The notes beneath the pieces are model-generated. The model saw nothing but the letters and a program-made list of their open reading frames with translations. It was not told where the DNA came from and searched no databases. DNA of 64,000 nucleotides from Chiloscyllium plagiosum (taxonomy: Eukaryota): NCBI RefSeq assembly GCF_004010195.1, contig NC_057720.1, positions 4,325,800 through 4,389,799 of the forward strand, given 5' to 3'. Shown piece after piece: positions 11,701 through 23,700 of this stretch. Each line of letters opens with the position of its first letter. The stretch's first letter is position 1. A program made the position numbers and the translations under genes.

Positions 11701-14700
11701 CCATGATGTCATCCTAATCTAATCCCTTGCAAATGATCCATATCCCTGTATTCTCTGTCTGTTCACGTGTCTGTCTAAATACCTCTTAAATGTTGTGGAG
11801 ATGCTGATGTTGGACTGAGGTGGACAAAGCCAGAAGTCACACAACACCAGGTCATAATCCGACAGGTTTATTTGATATCACAAGCTTTCAGATGAAGTGA
11901 GAGAGAAGAGCACAGAGCCACAGAGTTTATAGATCAAGGGCAGATCATACAGCTGGTGTGAAAGGAGTATTGAACCTACAGGTGAATAAGAGTGTTAGAC
12001 AGTGTGAGTAAAGTTTCAATGGCTGAATAACAAGCAACCTATAATCTGAATAAATGAGGCAGAGAGATAATTACAAAAATTAAAAATAAGGTGGTGCTGG
12101 AGACAAGCTAAACAGCTGGAATAACATGGAATGCAAACAGAAGCTATTGGGAAAGCCCAGCAGGTCGGGCAGCATCTGTGAAGAAAAACCAGAGTTTGGG
12201 TCACCGGACCGGAAACATTAACTCTGACTCTTCCTCACAGATGCTGCAAGAGCTACAGAGCACTCCCAGAAAGCTCTGCCCCTGCTCCTGATAGGCAGCA
12301 TCCACAGTTCTTTGTATTTCATTGGGATAACATGCTAGGTATACAAGTCACGTACCGGGGGTCTAACCAAAGTAATAAATAATCCAAAACTGTAGAAACT
12401 AACTAAACTAAAGAGATCATAACAGGTTATCAAAGTCACGCTGTCAAAACAGGACAGTGAGGAAGATTTTACAGATACAGAACAGTGTGGTGAGGTCACA
12501 TGTAGCGCGACATGAACCCAAGGTCACAGTTCAGGCCGTCGTCATGGGTATGGAAGTTGGCTGTCAGTTTCTGCTCGGCGAGTCTATGTTGTTGTGTATT
12601 TCGAATGCCACCTTGGAGGATGCTCACCTGAAGATCAGTGGCTGAATGTCCCTGACCGCTGAAGTGTTCCCTGACTGGGAGGGAACATTCCTGTCTGGTG
12701 ATTGTTGTGCGATGTCCATTCATCTGTTGTTGTAGTGTCTGCTTGCTCCTGCCTCAGGGCATCCTTGCCTGCAGCGTATGAGATAGACAACATTGGCTGA
12801 GTCATATGATTATCTGCTGTGTACCTGGTGGGTGGTGTTCCCATGTGTGATGGTGGTGTCCATATCAATGATCTGATATGTCTTGCAGAAGTTGCCATGA
12901 CAGGGTTGTGTGCTGTTGTGATCGCTGTTGTCCTGAAGGTTGGGCAGTTTGCTGCGAACGATGGTCTGTTTAAGGTTTGGCTGTTGTTGGAAGGTGAGAT
13001 GTGGAGGCGGAGGGATGATCTCAATGAGATGCTCATCATTATCAATGACATGTTGAAGGCTGTGAAGAACACGGTGTAGTCTCTCCACTCTGGGGAAGTA
13101 CTGGATGACGAAGGGTAATCTATTGATCGTATCCTGTGTCTGTCTTCTGAGGAGTTTATTGCAGTTTTCACTGTGGTACCTCGGAACTGGCATCCAATCA
13201 GTTGAGCATCATATCCTGTTCTTGTAAGGGCGCCTTTCAACACTTTCAGGTGTTGGTCAGGTTTTGGTCTGAACAGATCATGCATATGGGCTTGTCCGTA
13301 GGAGATGGCTGTTTTAATATGTTTTGGGTGGAAGCTGGAGAAGCTCAGCATCGTAAGGTTATCCATGGGTTTGTGGTAGAGTGAGGTACTGAGGTGTCCA
13401 TCCTTGATGGAGATGTGTGTGTCCAAGAATGAGACTGATTTTGAAGAGTAGTCCATGGTCAATCTTTTGATCTCTCTACCCATAAATTCTGTGTCTGTGT
13501 GCTTCCCTCTCACTTCACCTGACAAAGGGGCAGTGCTCCAAAAGCTTGTGATTTCAAATAAACTTGTTGGACTATAACCTGGTGGGGCATGACTTCTTAA
13601 ATGTTACTATTGTAGCTGCTTCTGGCCCTCCTTGGCAGCATGAAGACAATAAGAACCTGATCAGGAGCTGGTTGTACTGCAGTTTTACCAATTTTCTTGA
13701 ATCCATGCCGTCTTGTTCTCGATCCCTGAAAGTCCAATTATTCATTGCAGAAACACATCACTTATACATCTGTCTTGTTAAAGAATATCACCTCCCATTG
13801 CCTAAAGTGTGGAGAGTGTTCCATGATCACAAGATCTGCCATCCCTTTAGCACAGCAATGTGAACACTCTTGTATAAAGCAAGTACATCTTAATCAGATT
13901 CTCAGAATTGTTACTTTGCAGTTGGAGGCCCTTCAGCCCATCATTACCCAGTGTCAATCTCCCAGCCTTGCCCCATATCCTTACACACTATTGCTATCCA
14001 ATTGTCCAATAACCTTTTGAATGTCTCAATTGACCTGCCTCCACTACAGTTCTGGCAGCATCAGGCAGTGAAGAGGTCAGCTTTTCGGATGTAACCCTTC
14101 TCCACCTCCTGATGCTGCCTGGCCTCCTGTGTTCTTCCAGTGTCCTGTCTGTCTACTTTGGATTCCAGCATCTGCAGGGTTTTTTTTGTCTCCATAGAGT
14201 ACTAGCTGTGGATTTTACACCCTAACTTCTCGCTGTGTGAAAGATTTTTATGCACATCAAAGTCACATCCCCTATTTTTTGTAAATCAATTTAAATCTAT
14301 GCCATCTTGTCGTTGTTCCTTTAATGTGTGGGAAAATCTCAATCAGATGTCCTCTTAACCATTGTTTTTCCCCAGACAGAAAGGTTTCAATACATCTACC
14401 CTCATTAATAAATGTCCTCATCCGTGGAACCATTCTTTCTGCAGTACAGAGATTAAAATGGAACAGTGTTTAGTTTTGTTTGTTCATGGGACATGGGTGT
14501 CTCTGACTATTTCAGCATTTATTGCCCACCTTGTACTGCAATTGATTCCACCATAGCTTCATATAATTGTCGCAAGACTTCCTTGTTTTTACTCCAACGT
14601 ACTTGTAATGAGGGCTGACATACAATTTGTATTCTTAATTGTTTTAATGACACTTACATATTAACTCTGTGATTCATGACACCCAACTCTCTCTGAATGC

Positions 14701-17700
14701 AAACATTTTCCAGTTCTTTCAAAACATATTCTGATTTTCCATTCGTCCAGCCAAAATGATAATGCCACACTCACATATTACTCTTACCTAATCACCAAAT
14801 TATGTTGTATTGGCCTGTTTCTGAGATTTGAAATTGGAAGTAATTTGAAGTGACTCTCCTAATTTTGTAGATTCTCGACATCCTGACACACCTGGAACGG
14901 CACAATCAGGACAGAATCCATTTTGACACCCCTGCCAAATTTCTGCAACTTGTTCAATTACTCCGATCCACAACAGAAGAAACTATCGATACCTTGTGGA
15001 GAAAGTCACACAGCCTTGAGCTCAAGTGAGTAATTGACTCTTACATTGCTCATTTACTGGTTTATGCTGAAAAAGAAAACAACGTGTTGTTCTTCTTGTT
15101 GGTCAAATTCAGAATGATGTTAATTGTAATTACCGACCTTGATTCCTAATAACCTTACCAAATAAAAATGTAAGAATCTGAGTTTTGAAAATTTCAATTG
15201 ACTACAAAACGTTAAAGTCTAGTTAAGTCCACTGTTGTTTGCAAATGTTTTTATTTGAGGCTGAAGAGAAACTTCTTGGCTATTAGTTAGGTATTTTTTA
15301 TCTGAGCAAATTTATACAGTATAGCCAACATGTCTAACACAGAGGGGTTATGTGGGGATTTGGTATAAGAAGCTGTCAGACTGAGTAGTTAATAAACTCT
15401 ATCCACAGAATAACATACCTTGCTTCTCTGTCTGACTGACTGGTTTGGGTACAGATTAATACTCCATCCTCTTAGAATTAGAATTGGAATTAGCCTTTAT
15501 TGTCACATATATTCAATGAGTACAGTGAGAAGTTTATACATCACTACTTACAGCATCACCTTAGGTGCAAAGGTCTCGAGGTACAGTTTCTTTAGTTGCA
15601 AGATCTTAGAAAATGGAGAAATAAAATGTCAAAGCTGCAGTTAAAGTTCAGAGGAACAGCCTTCCAACCCAGACCACACTGGCACCTAGCCTCCTGTCTG
15701 CATGGGGCCCTGGCTCCAGGCCTTGACGATCATGAGGCTGGGAGATCACTTCAGAACCCCACGCCAGGCCGGGAAGATACCATGCTGGGAGGATGCCCGA
15801 GGGCGCCACTACTCCTGGCCAGGAGGACGCTACGGGGGGTCTCTAAGTCAGGCCAGGAGGTTGTCAGTCAGAGGCCAGGATAGAAGATGGAAACAAAACA
15901 CGAAGAGGATAGAAAAGAGAAGAAATGGAGAAAAAGAATGGGCAGAGTGGATGAGCTCCAGCGAGAGTGATCATCTTGGTCTTAAAGGAGAGAATTACAG
16001 TTTTCCATTGCCCTCTCAATGGACCAACTTATGTTCTTGACTCCCATAACAGAGTAAATCATTACAGACTCCAGCTGGAATATCAAAACTTTTATAATTT
16101 TAAATAGATTCAAGTGTACAGCCCTTAATCATCGATGACTGACGTATTACAAGCCTACACTGCACAACCTGTCAATATAATGTAAATATTCAATAATGTA
16201 GGAGTTGTAAATGGGAAAATATTAAATAATGGATCTCCCTTTCTGAAATTTTGTCTACAATAGAGGAATGTGAAATATTCATATGGTGATTCTCATCCAA
16301 AGGTCAGTTTTGAGATTTGGAGATGGCTCGTTTGATTTCCTTTTTAACGCACAAAGTAAAAAATATAAATTAAGCTTACACATTGTTCTGAGCAGTGTTT
16401 GTACGATCATAGAGATCTACAGGAAAAGGCCTTTTGGGCCATCATAGCCACACTGTTCAAACACAACCCCCTAACTATTCTAATCCCATTTTTGAGCACT
16501 TTCCCCATATGCCTTGACATCACAAGTGCACAATTAAATACCTATCATGTGATGAGGGTTTCTGCCTCTCCCACCCTGACAGGCCAGGAGCTTCAGATTC
16601 CCACCACCCTCTGGATGAAAAGCCTTCTTCTCTAAACCTTCTGTCCCTTCCTTTAAATCTATACTGTTGATCATTGATCCCTCCTCTGAGGGTAAATGTT
16701 CCTTCCTGTCTATTCTGTCTATGCCCCTCATAATTTTCTCATCTCAATCATGTCCCCTCAGTCTCCTCAGCTGTAAGGAACACCCAGTCTGTCCAATCCC
16801 TTTTCATCGCTGAAACTCTCCAGCCCAGTCTACATCCTCGCTAGTCTCCTCTGTACCCTTTCCAGTGCTATCACATCTGCCCTAGAATCTGGATTCCAGA
16901 ACTGCACACAATACTCCGGTTGGGCCTAACCAGGGCTTTATACAGTTCTAGCATCACCTCCCTGTTTTGAAACTTCATGCCTTGGTTAATAAAGGTAGAT
17001 ATCTTTGATAACCATTGTATCCACCTGCCCTGATACCTTAAGGAACCAGTAGACACATAAACACTCCAAGGTCCCTCTGATCCTCAGTATTTCTTCACGG
17101 TCCTACCACTCATAATGTATTCTTTTATCTTGTTTGTCCTGCCCAAGTACATTACCTAACATTTATCTGGATTGAATTCCATTTTCCACGGATCAGTCCA
17201 TTTGACGAACCCATCTGTAATCCTGTATCCTGTAATCCAAAACTATCTTCCTCACTGTTCACCAGAGTACCAATTTTTGTTTCATCTGCAAACTCACTGA
17301 TCGGTCCTCCTACATTCAAGTCTGCATATATACCACAAACAGCAAGAGTTCCAACACTGATCGCTGTACAACTCCACTGGACACCAATTTCCAAGTGGGG
17401 AAAAGCACCCTCAACTGTAACCCTCTGCTTCCTTTATGATATGTTTTTGTGTTGATTGATGGTGTTTGTTAGCATTCTTAGTGTTTGCTTTGTTTAACAA
17501 TTGTATTGAAAACATTTTTATTTAAAATGTGAAAGATTATGATGTAACTTTTTAAATTCATTTGTGGGATGTGGGTGTCACTGGCTGGGCCCAGCATTTA
17601 TTGCTCGTCCCTTGTTCCCCTTGAGAAGGTGGGGGTGAGCTGCCTTCTTGAACCGCTGCAGTCTGTATGCTGTGGGCTGACCCCCAATGCCCTGAGGGAG

Positions 17701-20700
17701 GGAATTCCAGGATTCTGACCCAGTGACACTGAAGAAACAAAACTAGAAGTTTAAATTCGGAGATGCCGGTGTTGGACTGGGGTGTACAAAGTTAAAAATC
17801 ACACAACACCAGGTTATAGTCCAACAGGTTTAATTGGAAGCACTAGCTTTCGGAGTGACGCTCCTTCATCAGGTGATTGTCATCAGGTGACAATCACCTG
17901 ATGAAGGAGCGTCACTCCGAAAGCTAGTGCTTCCAATTAAACCTGTTGGACTATAACCTGGTGTTGTGTGATTTTTAACTTTGTACACCCCAGTCCAACA
18001 CCGGTCACCCATGACCAATTATCGAGGAGCATAACAACCGGAACAGGGCATTCAAACCTCTGTACCTGTTCCACTGTTGAAAATAAGATTGTGGCTGTTT
18101 TATATGTGAATATGACAGGAAAATGTGGAATTAAACATATGAAAACAAGAAGACATTCTGTTCTGTTTTGTAGCACTCGGCGCTGGATTCTGTTTGCGCT
18201 TCCTGCTGTTGGTACACCTGCTGCACTGAACTTCCTCAAAACTAAAATTCAGAACTTGGACATCTCGACAGCTGACATAGTTCAGGCCTTGGTCCTTGCC
18301 ATGCATCAAATCACAGCTGACCATCAAAGCCTATCAATAGTCAGAGTGAGTATGAACATATTCCACTCGCGGATACATAGAGTGGGGCAGTTCTGAAGGA
18401 AGCCATTTGGCCCATTGTGCCTTTCTATCTCCTGGAAAGGGCTTTGTAATTAATTCCACTCCTCAATCTTTCCCCAGATATTTTCCCTTCAAAGATTTGT
18501 CTAATTCAGCATGGTTTAGTTAGGGGAGGTCGTGCCAGACAAACCTATTAGAATCCTTTGAAGAGGTAACAAGTAGGTTAGACCAGGGAAACCCACTGGA
18601 TGTTATCTACCTAGACTTCCAAAAGGCCTTTGATAAGGTACCTCACGGGTGAGTAAGGTGAGGGCCCATGGTGTTCGAGGTGAGCTACTGACATGGATTG
18701 AGGATTGGCTGTCTGACCGAAGGCAGGAAGTTGGCATAAAAGGTTCTTTTTCAGAATGGCAGCAGGTGACAAGCGGTGTCCCACAGGGTTCAGTGTTGAG
18801 GCCCCAGCTATTCACTTTATATATTAATGATCTGGATGAAGGGACTGGAGGCATTCTGGCAAAGTTTGTCGATGATACGACGTTAGGCGGGCAGTTCTGA
18901 TGTGGTGGGGAGGCTGCAGAAAGATTTAGACAGTTTAGGAAATGGCTGATGAAATTCAACGAGTGCAGATGTGAGATCTTGCACTTTGGAAAAAAGAATA
19001 CAGGATCGGACTATTTTCTAAATGGTGAGAAAATTCATAAAGCCAAAGTACAAAGGGATCTGGGAGTGCTAGTCCAGGGTTCTCTAATGGTTGACTTGCA
19101 GGTCGAGTCCATGGTTCAGAAAGCAAATGTAATGTTGTCATTTATCTCAAGAGGGTTGGAATGTAAAAGTAGTGATGTGCTATAGAGATATTATAAAGCT
19201 CCAGTTAGGCCCCATTTAGAATACTGTGTCCAATTTTGGGTACCATACCTCAGGAAGGACATACTTGCACTGACGCGTATCCAGCGGAGATTCACACAGA
19301 TGATCCCTGGAATGGTAGGCCTAACATACGATGTACGGCTGAGGATCCTGGGATTGTATTCATTAGAGTTCAGAAGGTTAAGAGGAGATCTAATAGAAAC
19401 TTATAAGACAATGCATGGCTTAGAAAGGGTGGATGCTGGGAATTTGTTTCTGTTAGGAGGGGAGACTAGGACCTGTGGGCACAGCCTTAGAATTAGAATT
19501 CAATTTAGAATGGAAATGAGGAGACATTTCTTCAGCCAGAGAGTGGTGGGCCTGTGGAATTAATTGCTTCGAAGTGCAGTGGAGGCCAGGACATTAAATG
19601 TCTTCAGGGCAGAGACTGATAAATTCTTGATCTCACAAGGAATTAAGGGATACAGGGTGAGTGCAGGTAAGTGGCATTGAAATGCCCATCAGCCATGATT
19701 GAATGGCAGAGTAGACTCGATGGTCAGAATGGCCTTACTTCTACTCCTATGTCTTATAGTCTTATGGTCTAATGCCCTCCCTGAAAATTATGATTGTATC
19801 TGCCTCTCCCACTCTTTTGGAATCGTGTGTTCCAGATCCTCACAACTTGCTATGTAAAAATATCTCTGGATTTCTCCACCGATTCCTTTGATAATCGCCT
19901 CTGTCCCCTTCTTACTGACCCTTCTGCCAGTGGAAAATATTGCTTCTTATTGACTATCAAAAATCTTTATGATTTTGAACATCTTAATTAGCTATCCTAT
20001 TGATAGAAGTCCCTCATCCCTGGTACATTCTTGCATCTATTAGAAACTTGGCTAGCAGAGAAGCAGTTCTGATACTTTTATGAACGGGTTTTGTGAAGAT
20101 TTGTAGCTCAGGTTGAGGTTCTGGATGTAGGTTTGCTCGCTGTGCTGGAAGGTTCATTTTCAGAAGTTTTGTCACCATAATAGGTAACATCATCAGGGAG
20201 CCTCCAGATGAAGTACTGGTGGTATGGCCCACTTTCTATTTAGGTGTTTAGGTTTCCTTGGGTTGGTGATGTTATTTCACGCAGTGATATCATTTCCTGT
20301 GGTGATGTCATTTCCAGTTCTTTTTCTCAGGTAGTGGTAAATGGGATCCAAGTCAATGTGTTTGTTGATAGAGTTCCTGTAGAAATACCATGCTTCGAGG
20401 AATTCTCGTGTGTGTCTCTGTTTGGCTTGTCCTAGGATGGATGTGTTGTCCCAGTCGAGATGGTGTCCTTCCTCATCTGTATGTAAGGATCCTAATGAGA
20501 GTGGGTCATGTCTTTTTGCGGCTAGTTGATGTTCATATATCCTGGTGGCTAGTTTTCTGCCTGTTTGTCCAATGTAGTGTTTGTTACAGTTCTTGCGTGA
20601 TATTTTGTAAATGACATTAGTTTTGCTTGGTGTCTGTATGGGGTCTTTCAAGTCCATCAGCTGCTGTTTTAGTGTGTCTGTGGGTTTGTGGGCTACCATG

Positions 20701-23700
20701 TTGCTAAGAGGTCTGAGTAGTCTGGCAGTCATTTCTGAGATGTCATTGATGTAGGGGAGAGTGTCTAGGGTTTCAGCGTCAACAGGAAAATAACACATAT
20801 GGACCAAATACTGAACTACAGAAGTAATCATCCCAACATCCACAAATGAAGCTGCATCAGAACATTATTTCAATGAGGCACCACACACTGCGGCACAGAG
20901 GAACTACGCAGAGTAGAGGAAAATCACCTATAAAATGTATTCAAAAAGAATGGGTACCCAATGAACACTGTCCGCCGATTTCTCAGAAACAAACTCAAAT
21001 AAGCAGACAAAACTTGCCCAGAAACCCTAGCCACAAATGTCATTTACAAAATACCCACTCTCACTAGTATCCTTAGATAGAAAGCGGGGCTATGCCACCA
21101 GTGCTTCATCTGGAGGCTCCCTGGTGATGTTACCTAGTGTGGTGACGAAACATCTGAAAACGAACCTTCCAGCTCAGCAAGCAAACCTACATCCAGAACT
21201 ATTATGAACCCAGCTGATATTATTTCTGGACAAGTCAGATCCCAGACTGAAACCTGACTTCATAGATCATAGCTTGTTTGATTTTTAATCAATGAGATAA
21301 TTTCGCACTGAAACATAAGTACACAATGTTGCAGGTTTGATTTTAACAATAAAATTGAAGTTTCATATGCAAAACAAAACAAGATAAATAGAAAAAAAAA
21401 CAAATTAGATTAAATTACTTACAGTGTGGAAACAGGCCCTTCAGCCCAACAAGTCCACACCGACCCACTGAAGCGCAACCCACCCAAACCCATTCCCCTA
21501 CACCTAACACTACAGGCAATTTAGCATGGCCAATTCACCTAACCTGCACATTTTTGGACTGTGGGAAGAAACTGGAGCACCCAGAGGAAACCCACGCAGA
21601 CATGGGGAGAATGTGTAAACTCCACACAGTTAGTCGCCTAAGGCAGGAATTGAACCCGGGTCTCTGGCACTGTGAGGTAGCAATGCTAACCACTGTGCCA
21701 CCGTGCCGGCCATTTAGATATAGCACAAGTTTAAAGATTTTGAATCACATGGTAAAATACAGCTTCATATCTGTAGTAACCCTGTACAATAATCACTCAT
21801 CACAGACAATAACCTCTCCATCACCTCTATAGATCGACAGAACTGTTCCTAACAATGCCTCATCTTGAAAGACTGATTGCCTCTTGCTTGAGTATCCTGA
21901 CAACTGAGCTTAGAGTTTCTCAGCTTGAAGTAACCCCTTCAGAGTTTTAGCCAAACATTTTGGTCTGGAACTTGCCAAGTAATCCCATTTCACTGAGGTA
22001 ACAAATTGCTTAACAGTTCTAAACTATCCTATTTCTTCAGGAATAACTGTTTTGTGCATTCACCTTCAACTTTCACAACACTGGAACGTTTCCTAAGACA
22101 AAAACAAATTGAGATTTCTTTAACTAAAAGCCTGATGGACCACCGTTTACTCTGATTGCTTGTTAAAAACTCTCCCAATGAAAACTAAACCCCATTACAC
22201 TGCTAATCATTAAACCTTTTGTTTACTCAGACTGGATTCTACATGCCACTAGTTATACAGTCATAGAGTCAGAGAGTCCTACAGCACAGAAACAGGCCCT
22301 TTGGCCCAAACTTGTCCATGTCGACCAAAATGTCCATTCACACTAACCCACTTGGTCCATATCCTTCAAAACCTTTCCTATCCATGTATTTGTCTAATTG
22401 CCTTTTAAATGTTGTTAATGTATCCGCCTCAAACACCTCCACTGGTAGCTCATTCTACGTGCATTCTCTGTCTAAAGATTTCCCTCAGGTTCCCTTTTAT
22501 TTTTTCCCCTCTAACCTGAAACTGATGACCTCTTGTCCCCGATTGTCTAATTCTGGGAAAAGGACTGAGTGCATTCACCCTATCCATGCCTGTCTTGATC
22601 TTATACGATCCTCCCTCAGTCTCCTAGTTCAAAATTCAAACTCTAAAATAAAATATATTTATGCATAACACACACCATACATCACAATATTCCTTTTTTT
22701 GCTCTAAGAGGTAACAGCTAACCTGATTTTTGTTTTTCTGTAGGAACTATTTGGCATGAATCATGTGCAGCAGATCCCCATACTTCGCCAGATTGTTTAC
22801 CTCGGCTATGGCTCCATGGTTTTCAGATTCTGTGCAGAGAAGGAGACGTGCCCTGACAGTCTGTTTAAGGTGGGCTGATGTGATGCAATCGCTAGCTGTG
22901 ACTGAACTGTGTTGATATGAATCCTATTTGTTTCTCATGGAGGCTCTCCTCTTCCATGCGTGGATAGCAAGAAGCTTTTTTCCAAAGTGAGGGACTCAGT
23001 TACTAGGGGTCACGAGTTCAAGGTGAGAGGGGAAATATTTAAGGGAGATATACATGGAAAGTTCTTTACGCAGAGGATGGTGGGTGCCTGGAATGCATTG
23101 CCAGTGAGCACGATTGCATCATGTAATATGCATCAAGACAGACACATGAATGGGCAGAGAGCAGAGGGATACAGATCCTTAGAAAATAGGCAACAGGTTT
23201 AGATAGTGGATCTGGATCGGTGCAGGCTTGGAGGGCTGAAGGGCCTGTTCCTGTGCTGTAATTTTCTTTGAACTTTGTTCTTTGTCACAGCCGCTCCATG
23301 ACTTGCTCAGTGCAGCTACAGCACATGCCAATGAGGAGGACATTGTTCTCGGACTCAAGGCAATCGGCAATGCAGGGCAGCCAGTGAGCATCAAGAACAT
23401 CATGAAACTGTTACCCGGCTTCGGCACAGCGGCTGCTACCATCCCGCTGAAAGTTCAGGTCGATGCTATCATGGCTCTGCGTAACATTGCAAAGAAAGAC
23501 CCAGGAAAGGTAAAACAAAACTTCAAGTTGCTCTAAACATGTTAAGCACTAACTTTAACGGGTTTGGAATCGGTGGTGGAATCTTATCATCTGAATATAC
23601 TGTGTGCCAGGTTTTTGATTTCAAGTTAGCCCTTTATACGTTTGCAATTTGATTTTTTAAAAATTTCTTTTTCTCCATTTTTAAGCTGTTTTGTTTGTCA

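Noticed and set aside
13516..13552. active hammerhead in the family-A inverted pLTR
   Set aside because: Core is ctgacaa (C3-A8 mismatch) and GAAA has become AAAA; decayed. The copies at ~1986, ~20165, ~21121 and ~52325 are decayed too.
15596..16040. GC-rich ORFs as a nested host gene
   Set aside because: No recognisable domain or splice structure; they lie in a retroposon-like insert.
17759..18004. MITE or pre-miRNA interpretation of the palindrome
   Set aside because: The arms match the terminal repeat of a coding PLE in this window, and sister copies have long variable TSDs.
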